A DNA stretch of 63,539 nucleotides, counting the filler. It is 6 parts of 6 records of this genome, joined end to end, with 100 filler letters (N's around TTAATTAATTAA, not from the genome) between each part and the next. Parts side by side here need not be neighbours in the genome. Positions count along the whole stretch, not along the records: positions 1 to 22,668 come from SRR20825010_3078; 5 more parts are not named here. One strand, 5' to 3'. A model generated the notes under the pieces. It did no database searches, was not told the DNA's origin, and saw only the letters and a list, made by a program, of their open reading frames with translations. Made by a program: the position numbers and the translations under genes. Positions 1 to 9,155 of the stretch are shown in pieces. Numbering within the stretch: position 1 is the first letter of the stretch; the number at the start of each line of letters is the position of its first letter.

Positions 1-2
1 CA

Positions 3-1067
3 GCTGGACGCTATGAAGAAGCAGTAGTGAATTTTAAAAAGACAATTGTACTAGCCGAACCCATAGGCTACACGGATTTGATACGGTATACACATGACAT
101 GTTGCGTCAGTCGTACATCAAGCTTGACAATTACGTGATGGCTTATCAAAGTCTGGAACAAAGTACAGCATTCAACGACAGCCTTTTTAACATCGATAAA
201 ACCAAAGCGATAGCGGAATTGCAAACCAAATACGATACGGAGAAAAAGGAACAGCAAATCCTCCTTCAGGAGGCGCAATTGGAGACAAACCGACTGATTA
301 CAACAGGCTTGTCGGGGATGATTTTTCTGCTTATTGCCATTGGGTTTTTACAACGAAACCGATTGCTTTTGAAGCAACAAAAGCTTCTGGAAGAGGAAAA
401 AACCAAAACACGGGAGGCTCAGATTGAAGCAGCGCTCAACTCTCAGGAGCTGGAGCGGAAACGTTTTGCACGTGACCTGCACGATGGGTTTGGGCAGTTG
501 ATTTCTGTACTTAACCTGAACCTGAAAGCGCTCGAAAAAAACGATTCGAATCGCGAGGAGGTGTTCGAAAATTCTGCTCAGGTACTTGATCAAATGTATA
601 AGGAGCTCAAAGGAATCTGTTTCAACCTGATGCCGGAAACATTGATTAAAAAAGGCATCATTGAAGCGTTGAAAGAATTTGCCCTTCGAATCAATCGATC
701 CGGAAAAATGCGAATGGAAATTGACACCTTCGGTATCGACAAAAGGTTGGAGGATCTTCAGGAAATATCGCTCTACCGAATTACGCAAGAATGGATCAAT
801 AACATATTGAAATATTCGGATGCAGATAAAATAACCGTGAGCCTGACGAAAGACGAGGAAGAACTGACATTGCTAATAGAAGACAATGGAGCCGGGTTCG
901 ATAAGGAAGTATTCCGTACCAGTACGGGAAACGGCTGGAAAAACATGAATTCGCGTGCCAACCTGATCAAAGGAGATCTGGAGTTGGATACTTCCTTAGG
1001 CTATCAAGGGAGCACATTGATTGTGAATGCACCGGTTTACAAATCAGAAAAAATACTTATTTCTTAG
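3..1067 (+). CDS. TPR-containing sensor histidine kinase (HisKA_3 + HATPase_c), 5'-truncated by window edge
   Basis: Frame open from base 3 (AGRYEEAVVNFKK, TPR-like). Then ELQTKYDTEKKEQQI linker, one TM helix, H-box ERKRFARDLHDGFGQ, N-box QEWINNILKYS, G-boxes EDNGAGFD and GNGWKNM. Confidence 0.93.
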   Translation, partial: AGRYEEAVVNFKKTIVLAEPIGYTDLIRYTHDMLRQSYIKLDNYVMAYQSLEQSTAFNDSLFNIDKTKAIAELQTKYDTEKKEQQILLQEAQLETNRLITTGLSGMIFLLIAIGFLQRNRLLLKQQKLLEEEKTKTREAQIEAALNSQELERKRFARDLHDGFGQLISVLNLNLKALEKNDSNREEVFENSAQVLDQMYKELKGICFNLMPETLIKKGIIEALKEFALRINRSGKMRMEIDTFGIDKRLEDLQEISLYRITQEWINNILKYSDADKITVSLTKDEEELTLLIEDNGAGFDKEVFRTSTGNGWKNMNSRANLIKGDLELDTSLGYQGSTLIVNAPVYKSEKILIS

Positions 1068-1153
1068 GCCTATTTTGTAAAAACCAGACCAGGCTCGCCT
1101 AAATCCTTGCAATCTTCATAACTTTTCATCGGAAAGTTTAAAAGATCTTTTAC

Positions 1154-3103
1154 ATGCCTGGTTTTATCATTGCCCTGTCTATTATTCTCACCCCGCTTTT
1201 TCAATCACCAATGCAGCACAAAAAGGAAGCCCTTCGGGTTGCCAGTGATTCGCTGAAGGTTCATTTGTTGTCCGATTTGTGTTATGAATACCGATTGATT
1301 TCGCAGGACTCTGCCCTTCAGTTTGGTAACCAAGCGGTCGAGCTAGCCAAATCCATAAAGTATGAAATGGGTGAGGCGCAGGCGCACAATGACCTGGGTA
1401 TCATTTATTCGGATCGAGCAGAATTTGGTAAGGCAAATAAGGAGTACAGACAAGCGCTGGCCATTCGATCGAAATACAGGGATAGTACAGGCATAGCCGC
1501 CATCCATAGCAAACTTGGTGTTTCGTATCAACGCGCCGGACAGTTGGACAGTGCCCTCATCCATCAGTTTGAAGCTTTGGCTATTTACGAAGCGAAGCGA
1601 TCCGATTTTGGCACCTCTTATACGCTAAACAACATTGCGATTGTTTTTTTGAACAAAGGAGATGTAAAAAGCTCGCTCGAGTACCACGAAAAAGCACTTT
1701 CCATCCGAACCAAAATGAAGGACAATCTGGGTATATCCACCTCTCTTGGGAATATCGGGAATATCCATTTTGACCAAAAGGATTATTCCAGGGCTATTAC
1801 CTTTTATAAAGAAGGCCTGGCCAAACTGGCGAATTTAAAATCCCGGGACCATGAGGGTAGCCTTTGCAACAACCTGGCTACTGCATACCTCGAACTGGGT
1901 GAAAAGGATAGCGCCAAAGTCTATATCGAAAGATCTATTCTTATTCGTAAAGAAATCAATGACATCAAGGGCTTAATTTCCAACTATCAAAACCTCGCCA
2001 AGATTCACCTTGAAAATGAAGACCTCACTGAAGCGGAAAAAAACCTGAACCTGGCCCTGAACCTGGCCGAAACGCGCCAGGTTAATACGAGCCTAAGCGT
2101 CATTCATGGAATCTACGTCGATTTGAAATCGAAACAAGGCGATTATAAATCTGCTCTTGAGCATGCTTTGGCGCTTATGGAATACAAGGACAAGGTGACC
2201 AATGAATCTTCACTAACTACTATTGCAGAACTGCAAACCAAATACGAAACAGAGAAAAAAGAACAGCAAATCGCCATTCAACAGGCCGAAATAAAGGAGC
2301 AAAAAGCCCAAAATAGTCTCAACGTTGCGGCCATTATCGGCCTTTTGATCACGTTAGCATCGCTGGTAATCATCACCTTATTGGCAAGAAGCCGCTCGCG
2401 CAAGAAACACGCACTGCAAATTCAGCAGGCAGAAATATACCAAAGAGAAAGTCAAATTGAGGCAGCCCTCAACTCTCAGGAGGATGAAAGAAAACGATTT
2501 GCCCGGGACTTACACGATGGCTTTGGCCAGATGATATCCGTGCTCAATCTGAATCTGAAAGCTCTTGAAAAAGGAACTGCAGGAAGCGATCAGGTTTTCG
2601 AAAACGCGTCAAAAGTATTGGACGACATGTACAAAGAATTGAAAGGAATCTGTTTCAACCTGATGCCAGAGACACTCATCAAACAGGGGGTAATTGACGC
2701 ATTGAAGGAATTTGCGTCCAGAGTCAATCAAACAGGGAAGTTGTTTATTGAAGTTGATACTTTCGGCATCTCTGCGCGATTGTCAGACCTACAGGAAATT
2801 TCCCTCTATCGCATCTCACAGGAGTGGGTCAACAATATTCTGAAATATTCGGATGCGGATAAGGTAACTATCAGTTTGACCAAAGACGACACGGAAGTGA
2901 CGCTACTTATAGAAGATACAGGCATGGGTTTTGATAGAAACGACCTGATCAATGGGTCAGGGAACGGTTGGAAAAACATGAACTCACGGGCCAATCTGAT
3001 CAAAGGCGAGCTTGAACTGGATACAACAAACGGGATTAAAGGCAACACCCTGATTGTGAATGCGCCGGTCACAGTTGCTGTACAGACGCCTGCCGTGATG
3101 TAG
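1154..3103 (+). CDS. TPR-containing sensor histidine kinase (HisKA_3 + HATPase_c)
   Basis: N-terminal hydrophobic segment, multiple TPRs (e.g. AQAHNDLGIIY, SYTLNNIAIVF, STSLGNIGNIH), TM helix, RFARDLHDGFGQ H-box, ATPase boxes. Confidence 0.95.
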   Translation: MPGFIIALSIILTPLFQSPMQHKKEALRVASDSLKVHLLSDLCYEYRLISQDSALQFGNQAVELAKSIKYEMGEAQAHNDLGIIYSDRAEFGKANKEYRQALAIRSKYRDSTGIAAIHSKLGVSYQRAGQLDSALIHQFEALAIYEAKRSDFGTSYTLNNIAIVFLNKGDVKSSLEYHEKALSIRTKMKDNLGISTSLGNIGNIHFDQKDYSRAITFYKEGLAKLANLKSRDHEGSLCNNLATAYLELGEKDSAKVYIERSILIRKEINDIKGLISNYQNLAKIHLENEDLTEAEKNLNLALNLAETRQVNTSLSVIHGIYVDLKSKQGDYKSALEHALALMEYKDKVTNESSLTTIAELQTKYETEKKEQQIAIQQAEIKEQKAQNSLNVAAIIGLLITLASLVIITLLARSRSRKKHALQIQQAEIYQRESQIEAALNSQEDERKRFARDLHDGFGQMISVLNLNLKALEKGTAGSDQVFENASKVLDDMYKELKGICFNLMPETLIKQGVIDALKEFASRVNQTGKLFIEVDTFGISARLSDLQEISLYRISQEWVNNILKYSDADKVTISLTKDDTEVTLLIEDTGMGFDRNDLINGSGNGWKNMNSRANLIKGELELDTTNGIKGNTLIVNAPVTVAVQTPAVM

Positions 3104-3162
3104 ACGGGCGATGTGCAGCCATACATTGTTTTTATCTTGCACCATCGACTAATTTTTGCACT

Positions 3163-5004
3163 ATGAAAACATGCCACTTGTTTTTTGTTATTCTCTTCAT
3201 TTACTCTTGCAGCTTCGAAGAGCAAATTGCGCCATCTGATTATGGGCCAGGTCAGGAAAAAGAATTCGTCGATTCGTTGAACACGGGTTTCTACAAAACA
3301 TTTGGTCGGGATTTTCAGAAGGCCAGGAAACAAATGATGGAAGCCATTGTCCTGTCCAAAGCAAACAATTGGGTTCAGCAGGAAGCCATCGCCCAAAAAA
3401 ACCTGGCCATCGCTCAATACATGTTGGGCGAATATGAACCTGCTTTGGAGGCCATTCAGCGATCATCAGAGTTATTTAACTCTTTACAAGATTCTGAGGG
3501 TGAGGCTCGGGCACTCAATGAGATGGGCAATTTTCTAAGAAAACAGGGTCGGGATGAAGACGCCCTCAACGTGTGGAAACGAGCGGAGGTACTTGCACAA
3601 AAAACAGATGCACAGGAGATCCTCGGCACTACCTATGGCATGCTGGGGACGTATTATTGGCTTCAAAAGGAATTCGAAAAATCAGATGACTATTACCTGC
3701 GTTGTTATCAAATCCGAATGAACGAAAAAGACAGTGTTGGGCTGGGTTATGTGCTCGTGGATTTGGCAGACATAGCTCAACGCAAAGGAAACCGTAAGCA
3801 GGCACTTGACCATTTGAAACAATCAAATGCCATTCGAGAGGCCATTGGCGATTACCAGGGAATCGTCGATAACCACAAAATGATGGGTGACCTATACATG
3901 AAAGAAAGGATGTTCGCTCAGGCAATACCCTTTTACAAGAAAAGTGCATTGGAAAGCAGGGAGTTGAATTACCCGGATTTGGCACGAAAATCCTACGATT
4001 CCTTATCCAGCGCACATGCTATGCTGGGGGAATACCAACAAGCCTATCGCTTTCAAAAGATAGCAGATCATTTGGAGGATAGTTTGTTCAATTCGGAAAG
4101 AACCCGGGCATTTTCAGAGCTTCAAACAAAATATGAAACAGCACAAAAGGAAAAAGAAATACTGGCACAGAGGGCGGAATTGGATAGGAAAGAAATAAGC
4201 CTTCAGCTCAATCAGGCGTTAAGTGCAGGACTGAGCGGAACAATCATTCTTTTGATAATAGTAGGATTTTTACTCAAAAACAGGATGCAGCTCAAGCAAA
4301 AAGCATTGCTGGAAATCGAAAAAGCCCGTATTCGTGAAGCCCAAATCGAAGCAGCCATAAACTCCCAGGAGACCGAGAGAAAACGTTTCGCCAGAGATTT
4401 ACACGACGGGTTTGGTCAGATGATATCGGTGCTCAACCTAAACCTCAAGGCTTTGGAAAAAGGAGAATCTGACAGAGAGCAGGTTTTTGAAAATTCATCT
4501 AAGGTACTGGACGAGATGTATAAAGAGCTGAAAGGCATTTGCTTCAACCTGATGCCGGAAACGCTTATCAAACAAGGGGTAATTGAAGCGCTGAGGGAAT
4601 TTGGTTCCAGAGTCAATAAAACCGGAAAACTGTTTGTTGAGATTGATGCGTTTGGCATGGAAGAACGATTGCCTGATCTACAGGAGATCTCGTTATACAG
4701 GATTTCGCAGGAATGGGTGAACAATATTCTCAAGTATTCCGATGCGGATAAAGTGACCATCAGCCTGACAAAAGACGAGGAAGAAGTAACCTTACTCATT
4801 GAGGATACGGGAATCGGTTTTGATAAGATGGTACTGATCAAAGGGTCTGGAAACGGATGGAAAAACATGAATTCAAGAGCCAATCTGATCAAAGGAGCGC
4901 TCGAACTGGACACTACCCCGGGGATAAAAGGAAGCACGCTAATCGTCAATGCCCCTGTTTCACGTATCAAAAAATCACCCGAGGCAGCTGTTGAAATACC
5001 ATGA
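3163..5004 (+). CDS. TPR-containing sensor histidine kinase (HisKA_3 + HATPase_c)
   Basis: Signal ending IYSC, TPRs (ARALNEMGNFLR), TM helix, same H-box and ATPase boxes as the two upstream paralogs. Confidence 0.95.
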   Translation: MKTCHLFFVILFIYSCSFEEQIAPSDYGPGQEKEFVDSLNTGFYKTFGRDFQKARKQMMEAIVLSKANNWVQQEAIAQKNLAIAQYMLGEYEPALEAIQRSSELFNSLQDSEGEARALNEMGNFLRKQGRDEDALNVWKRAEVLAQKTDAQEILGTTYGMLGTYYWLQKEFEKSDDYYLRCYQIRMNEKDSVGLGYVLVDLADIAQRKGNRKQALDHLKQSNAIREAIGDYQGIVDNHKMMGDLYMKERMFAQAIPFYKKSALESRELNYPDLARKSYDSLSSAHAMLGEYQQAYRFQKIADHLEDSLFNSERTRAFSELQTKYETAQKEKEILAQRAELDRKEISLQLNQALSAGLSGTIILLIIVGFLLKNRMQLKQKALLEIEKARIREAQIEAAINSQETERKRFARDLHDGFGQMISVLNLNLKALEKGESDREQVFENSSKVLDEMYKELKGICFNLMPETLIKQGVIEALREFGSRVNKTGKLFVEIDAFGMEERLPDLQEISLYRISQEWVNNILKYSDADKVTISLTKDEEEVTLLIEDTGIGFDKMVLIKGSGNGWKNMNSRANLIKGALELDTTPGIKGSTLIVNAPVSRIKKSPEAAVEIP

Positions 5005-5183
5005 AGAGGGTATGGATTTCAGCTGAATCTGAATGTAATTTCCGTTCGTAAAACGATTTAGGAATCAACCCCAGGACTTATCCTTCTAATTTGAGGCTCT
5101 AAGCACCGGGTTCACTCATGGCTTCTCATTATATACGAATGAATTTACTATCTTTCGTCAGAAAATCAGTACGCAAAACGACC

Positions 5184-5801
5184 ATGAAAATATTTCTCAC
5201 CGACGATCACGCCGTGTTGCTCGCCGGGTTGACTAAGATTATTGAAGCTGAGTCAGAGCTTGAAGTAGTCGGTACGGCCATGACGGCAGCTGCCACAATG
5301 GATGCGCTCACTCACACCAAAGTGGAGCTACTCATCAGTGACTACAACCTACCCGATGAAGACGGCCTTTCGCTCGTACGCAAGGTTAAAAGGAAGTACC
5401 CCAACGTTAAGATACTCGTGTTGAGCATGCACGATGAGGCGCACCTTGTAAAAGAAATACTCAAAGAAGGAATCAACGGCTACATCATGAAAAAGGACTC
5501 TCACAAGGATTTGATTGATGCCATTTATGCCGTGAGGTCGGGAAAGACCTATTTGAGCTCTGAGATAAACGCCATGCTGATCCGTGGACTTAATGGTGAC
5601 GATGAGCACCGACTTCTGACTGACAGGGAAAGGGAGATATTAAAATTGATTTCCAAAGAATACACCAACAAACACATTGCTGAGGAATTGTTCATTTCTG
5701 AGAGAACGGTAGAAACACATCGAAAAAACATCTTCAGAAAGACTGGAACCAACAATCTTGTAGGTCTGATCAAATTTGCCTACGCCAATAACCTCATCTA
5801 A
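5184..5801 (+). CDS. NarL/LuxR-family response regulator (REC + HTH)
   Basis: MKIFLTDDH start, phosphoacceptor in LLISDYNLP, LSMHDE, HTH LTDREREIL..IAEELFISERTVETHRKNI. ATG 5184 preferred over 5118. Confidence 0.95.
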   Translation: MKIFLTDDHAVLLAGLTKIIEAESELEVVGTAMTAAATMDALTHTKVELLISDYNLPDEDGLSLVRKVKRKYPNVKILVLSMHDEAHLVKEILKEGINGYIMKKDSHKDLIDAIYAVRSGKTYLSSEINAMLIRGLNGDDEHRLLTDREREILKLISKEYTNKHIAEELFISERTVETHRKNIFRKTGTNNLVGLIKFAYANNLI

Positions 5802-5803
5802 GC

Positions 5804-6553
5804 TTGGATTTTCTTTCCTACCACTTCACCCCGCTTCAATTGGGGCTGTTTTTATTGGTAGCTATGCTAATCGGTATGGCCAAAATGGGCGTACACGGGC
5901 TGGGCATGGCGGCAGTGCCGCTATTAGCCCTTGTGTTTGGAGGAAAAAATTCCAGCGGTATCATGCTCATTATTCTCTGTTTCGCGGACATTCTGGCTGT
6001 TGCCTACTACAACCGGCATGCCAACTGGGCGCATCTTTTCAAGCTATTCCCATGGGCCGCACTTGGTGTTTTACTGGGAGCCTTTTTGGGTGATTTGATC
6101 AATGATGGTGTTTTCAAGGCGGTGATGGCCGTGATTATTCTGGTTAGTCTGCCCTTGATGGTCCTAATGGAAAAAGGTCTGGCCAAATCCATTCCTCATT
6201 CCTTTTGGTTTGCGGTTACATTGGGCGTGCTCGGAGGCTTTACTTCTATGATAGGTAACCTCGCTGGTTCAGTCATGGCGCTCTATTTGCTCTCCATGAA
6301 TTTCAACAAAAACGAATACATCGGCACCACCGCCTGGTTCTTTATGGTGCTCAATTGGTTCAAAATACCCTTTCACATTTGGGCGTGGCACACCATCAGT
6401 CTTGACACCTTTTTAATCGACCTGATGGCTATTCCAATGATTCTTTTAGGTGCTTTCCTTGGTGTATTCATCGTGAAGAAAATACCCGAAAAAGCCTACC
6501 GCTGGTTTATTATTTCCACTACCGTACTGGCTTCTCTTCTTCTCTTGTATTAA
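5804..6553 (+). CDS. Sulfite exporter TauE/SafE (TSUP) family membrane protein
   Basis: About 8 TM helices, GMAKMGVHGLG and GGFTSMIGNLAG motifs. TTG start 2 bp after the regulator stop. Confidence 0.85.
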   Translation: MDFLSYHFTPLQLGLFLLVAMLIGMAKMGVHGLGMAAVPLLALVFGGKNSSGIMLIILCFADILAVAYYNRHANWAHLFKLFPWAALGVLLGAFLGDLINDGVFKAVMAVIILVSLPLMVLMEKGLAKSIPHSFWFAVTLGVLGGFTSMIGNLAGSVMALYLLSMNFNKNEYIGTTAWFFMVLNWFKIPFHIWAWHTISLDTFLIDLMAIPMILLGAFLGVFIVKKIPEKAYRWFIISTTVLASLLLLY

Positions 6554-6733
6554 CTGGTTTCATAACCGGGTTTTATTCTGATTTTACCAAAATAGTCCTC
6601 TTTCAACCGGAATAGTTACAAAAATACCGTGAACTACGGATGCGAAATCATCGCAAGAGGGTATTCTCTAAGCCCCTAATTCCTAAGAAATTTGGTGAAG
6701 TTTTTATTAATCAAAATTAAATACCGCAGAATT

Positions 6734-7222
6734 ATGAAAAAGATCTTAATGATTTTGACGCTAGTTGCTATTTCAGAAATGGCTTTGGCACAACACGAAG
6801 CAGGAGACATGAACCTGAATGTAGGACTTGGGCTTCTTTCAAACCTTAAAACAGGAGATACTTCCATCCCTCCGGTCGGAGCAAGTTTTGAGTTTGGTAT
6901 CAAGGATGAAATAAGTGTAGGAGGTTATCTGGGTTATACATCTTCTGAGCTTTTTAACAACAAGTATTCTTATACAATTATTGGTGTAAGAGGATCCTAC
7001 CACTACGACTTTTTAGGTAATGAAAAAATTGACACTTATGGAGGTTTATTAATCGGTTATTATCTGCTTTCCGTGGATAACAGTGCCATTACTACCGCCA
7101 ATGCAGTCGCTTGGTCAGGTTTCATCGGGGGCCGTTACCGTCTATCAGACAACTTTGGTGTCTATGGGGAATTGGGTTACGGTATATCCGTGCTTCAAAT
7201 TGGAGCCAATCTGAAATTTTAA
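6734..7222 (+). CDS. Small outer-membrane beta-barrel protein
   Basis: Signal peptide MKKILM..ALAQ, amphipathic beta strands (VYGELGYG), C-terminal Phe (GANLKF). Confidence 0.8.
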   Translation: MKKILMILTLVAISEMALAQHEAGDMNLNVGLGLLSNLKTGDTSIPPVGASFEFGIKDEISVGGYLGYTSSELFNNKYSYTIIGVRGSYHYDFLGNEKIDTYGGLLIGYYLLSVDNSAITTANAVAWSGFIGGRYRLSDNFGVYGELGYGISVLQIGANLKF

Positions 7223-7250
7223 TTTTTAACATCATATAAATGCTATCGCC

Positions 7251-7592
7251 ATGAAACTAAAAAATATACTACTAGGTCTTGTTGTTGTGTGCGCATTGGG
7301 TGCATGCAGCGAAGATGAAGAACCGAAAAAATCAGGTGGGTCAATTGCCATTGATTGCCAAACATTTATTACCACGGACTATTTGACTATTCTTGAAGAT
7401 TTGCAGGAAAAACAAGCTGCGTATTCTGAGGATCAGTCTGTTGCCAACTGTCAGGCGTATTATGCTTCGTTGGATACTTATATTGAATCCTGGAAAGCGT
7501 ATGTGAACAAATGTGTGCCACAAGCGGCTGCTCAGTTTGAATCTTATTGGGCTACCTGGGAGTCATCCTTTTCACAATTGACTTGTGAGTAA
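7251..7592 (+). CDS. Small Cys-rich helical lipoprotein, function unknown
   Basis: Lipobox LGAC followed by acidic SEDEE, plus four further Cys. Confidence 0.8.
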   Translation: MKLKNILLGLVVVCALGACSEDEEPKKSGGSIAIDCQTFITTDYLTILEDLQEKQAAYSEDQSVANCQAYYASLDTYIESWKAYVNKCVPQAAAQFESYWATWESSFSQLTCE

Positions 7593-7606
7593 ACCTTCAT
7601 ATTGAT

Positions 7607-7642
7607 AAAAGCCTGCAAGCCACGGTTTGCAGGTTTTTATTT
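7607..7642 (+). terminator. Intrinsic terminator after OMP/lipoprotein pair
   Basis: GCCTGCAAGC-CACG-GTTTGCAGGT stem followed by TTTTATTT, with an A-tract upstream. Confidence 0.75.
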
Positions 7643-7710
7643 CAATAAAAATATTTGAAATAATAAGTCCTGCGCACTTTTCATGGTCGATGAAAGGTGT
7701 ATATGACGAG

Positions 7711-7740
7711 CCCCGGCAGTTTACTGTCGGGGTATTTTTT
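7711..7740 (+). terminator. GC-rich terminator-like hairpin
   Basis: CCCCGGCAGT-TT-ACTGTCGGGG followed by a T-tract on the + strand. It also lies just past the EamA stop. Confidence 0.6.
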
Positions 7741-8629
7741 ATCTCCCCAGAATCAATAAAATCAATCCCGCAATAATACCAATTAGATAATAGCCCTTCT
7801 TACGAATGTTTTGTTCTTTCAGAAATACCGCCCCAAACACAAAGACAATGAGCACATTGGAGCGACGCACCAGGCTGATCACCGCAATCAATGAATCGGG
7901 AAGGGAAATGCTGTAGAAATAGAGATAATCACCAATCAACAAAAAGACGCCAATCAATGGAATACTCCAGCGCCACTCAAAAGCCGTGTTCAACTTCCTT
8001 TTCGGGTACCAAAGAAGCAGAAGTACGGGAACGAGGAGGATGGTCTGATAAAAAGTAAAATAAGCCTGCACAGCCATCACATCGGTTTGCCGAAGCAAGA
8101 AACGATCATAAAGCGCACTGCACGAACCAAATAACGTACCCGCAATCAGAAACCAGACAAACTTGTTTCGGAAAGTAATGCCCTCCAGTTTTCCTGCCGT
8201 GGAAAACAGATAAAAGAAGGTGAAAATAACGAGCACACCTGCCAGTTGAAAGCCATTAAGTGTCTCTGAAAAAATCAAAAAAGCCCCAAGAACAGTCCAG
8301 AGTGGACCTGTGGCTCGAATGGGTGCCAGGATCGTCAGCGGCAAATTCTTCATGGCAAAGAAGGTGAAAATCCAGCTTGACAAAACGATCACTGTTTTTA
8401 ATAGAATCCGTAAATGATCCGTCAGGCTAATCTCCGGCACAAAGAGCAAACTGGATGAGGCAATCAAACCCAATTGGGACAAGACCACAAACCCGAGCAT
8501 GATGAAAGAAGCGAGAACGGTAGAAAAGAAAAGTGTAGGGATAACGGCATTCTCGTTCAGCGACAGTTTTTTGAAAATGTCGTAGAAGCCCAGAAAGAAG
8601 GCAGAACCAAACGCCAATACTAACCACAT
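7739..8629 (-). CDS. EamA/DMT family transporter
   Basis: About 10 TM helices in two repeats, MWLVLAFGSAFFLGFYDIFKK start, FLKE motif near the end. Confidence 0.9.
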   Translation of the reverse strand: MWLVLAFGSAFFLGFYDIFKKLSLNENAVIPTLFFSTVLASFIMLGFVVLSQLGLIASSSLLFVPEISLTDHLRILLKTVIVLSSWIFTFFAMKNLPLTILAPIRATGPLWTVLGAFLIFSETLNGFQLAGVLVIFTFFYLFSTAGKLEGITFRNKFVWFLIAGTLFGSCSALYDRFLLRQTDVMAVQAYFTFYQTILLVPVLLLLWYPKRKLNTAFEWRWSIPLIGVFLLIGDYLYFYSISLPDSLIAVISLVRRSNVLIVFVFGAVFLKEQNIRKKGYYLIGIIAGLILLILGR

Positions 8630-8652
8630 AGTGAATCAAATCGAGTAGCGGA

Positions 8653-8660
8653 CAAAGTTA
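8653..8660 (-). promoter_or_regulatory. Bacteroidota -7 promoter box for the EamA gene
   Basis: TAACTTTG matches TAnnTTTG, 23 bp upstream of the ATG. No clean -33 box seen. Confidence 0.5.
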
Positions 8661-8719
8661 TCCTTGCACCAATGGTTTAGGCACCTCAATATTTTTTATT
8701 TTTAAGTAAAAGGGGTTTT

Positions 8720-9133
8720 ATGGCTGAGCTGAAAACACAACCAACCAATGCCAGTGTGGTGGCATTTCTTGGACAAATTGAAAATGAAACCAAAAGGAAG
8801 GACTCCTTTAGGATTCATGAATTGATGAAAACCATCACCGGCGAGGAACCAGTCCTGTGGGGAGAAAGCATCATCGGTTTTGGAAACTACCACTATAAAT
8901 ATAATACCGGCCGTGAAGGCGACTGGTTTATTACGGGTTTTTCTCCCAGAAAGCAGAGCCTCACGATCTATCTTATGTCCGGTTTTAGCCACTGCGGAGC
9001 ACTTCTTTCCAAACTGGGAAAACACAAAACCAGCAAATCCTGCCTGTACATCAATAAGCTGGAGGATATAGATATGGATGTGCTGGAACAATTAATCAGG
9101 GAATCGGTCAACTACATAAAAAATAAAAAATAG
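8720..9133 (+). CDS. DUF1801 (YdhG-like) domain protein
   Basis: WGESIIGFGNYHYKY, GFSPRK, LGKHKTSKSCLYINKL. Confidence 0.9.
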   Translation: MAELKTQPTNASVVAFLGQIENETKRKDSFRIHELMKTITGEEPVLWGESIIGFGNYHYKYNTGREGDWFITGFSPRKQSLTIYLMSGFSHCGALLSKLGKHKTSKSCLYINKLEDIDMDVLEQLIRESVNYIKNKK

Positions 9134-9155
9134 GAGTGAGCTTCTTTTCAATCGC

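Noticed and set aside
773-4970. Recurrent antisense ORFs (LIRLAREFMFFQPFP...) opposite each kinase
   Set aside because: They are shadows of the conserved sense-strand kinase domains.
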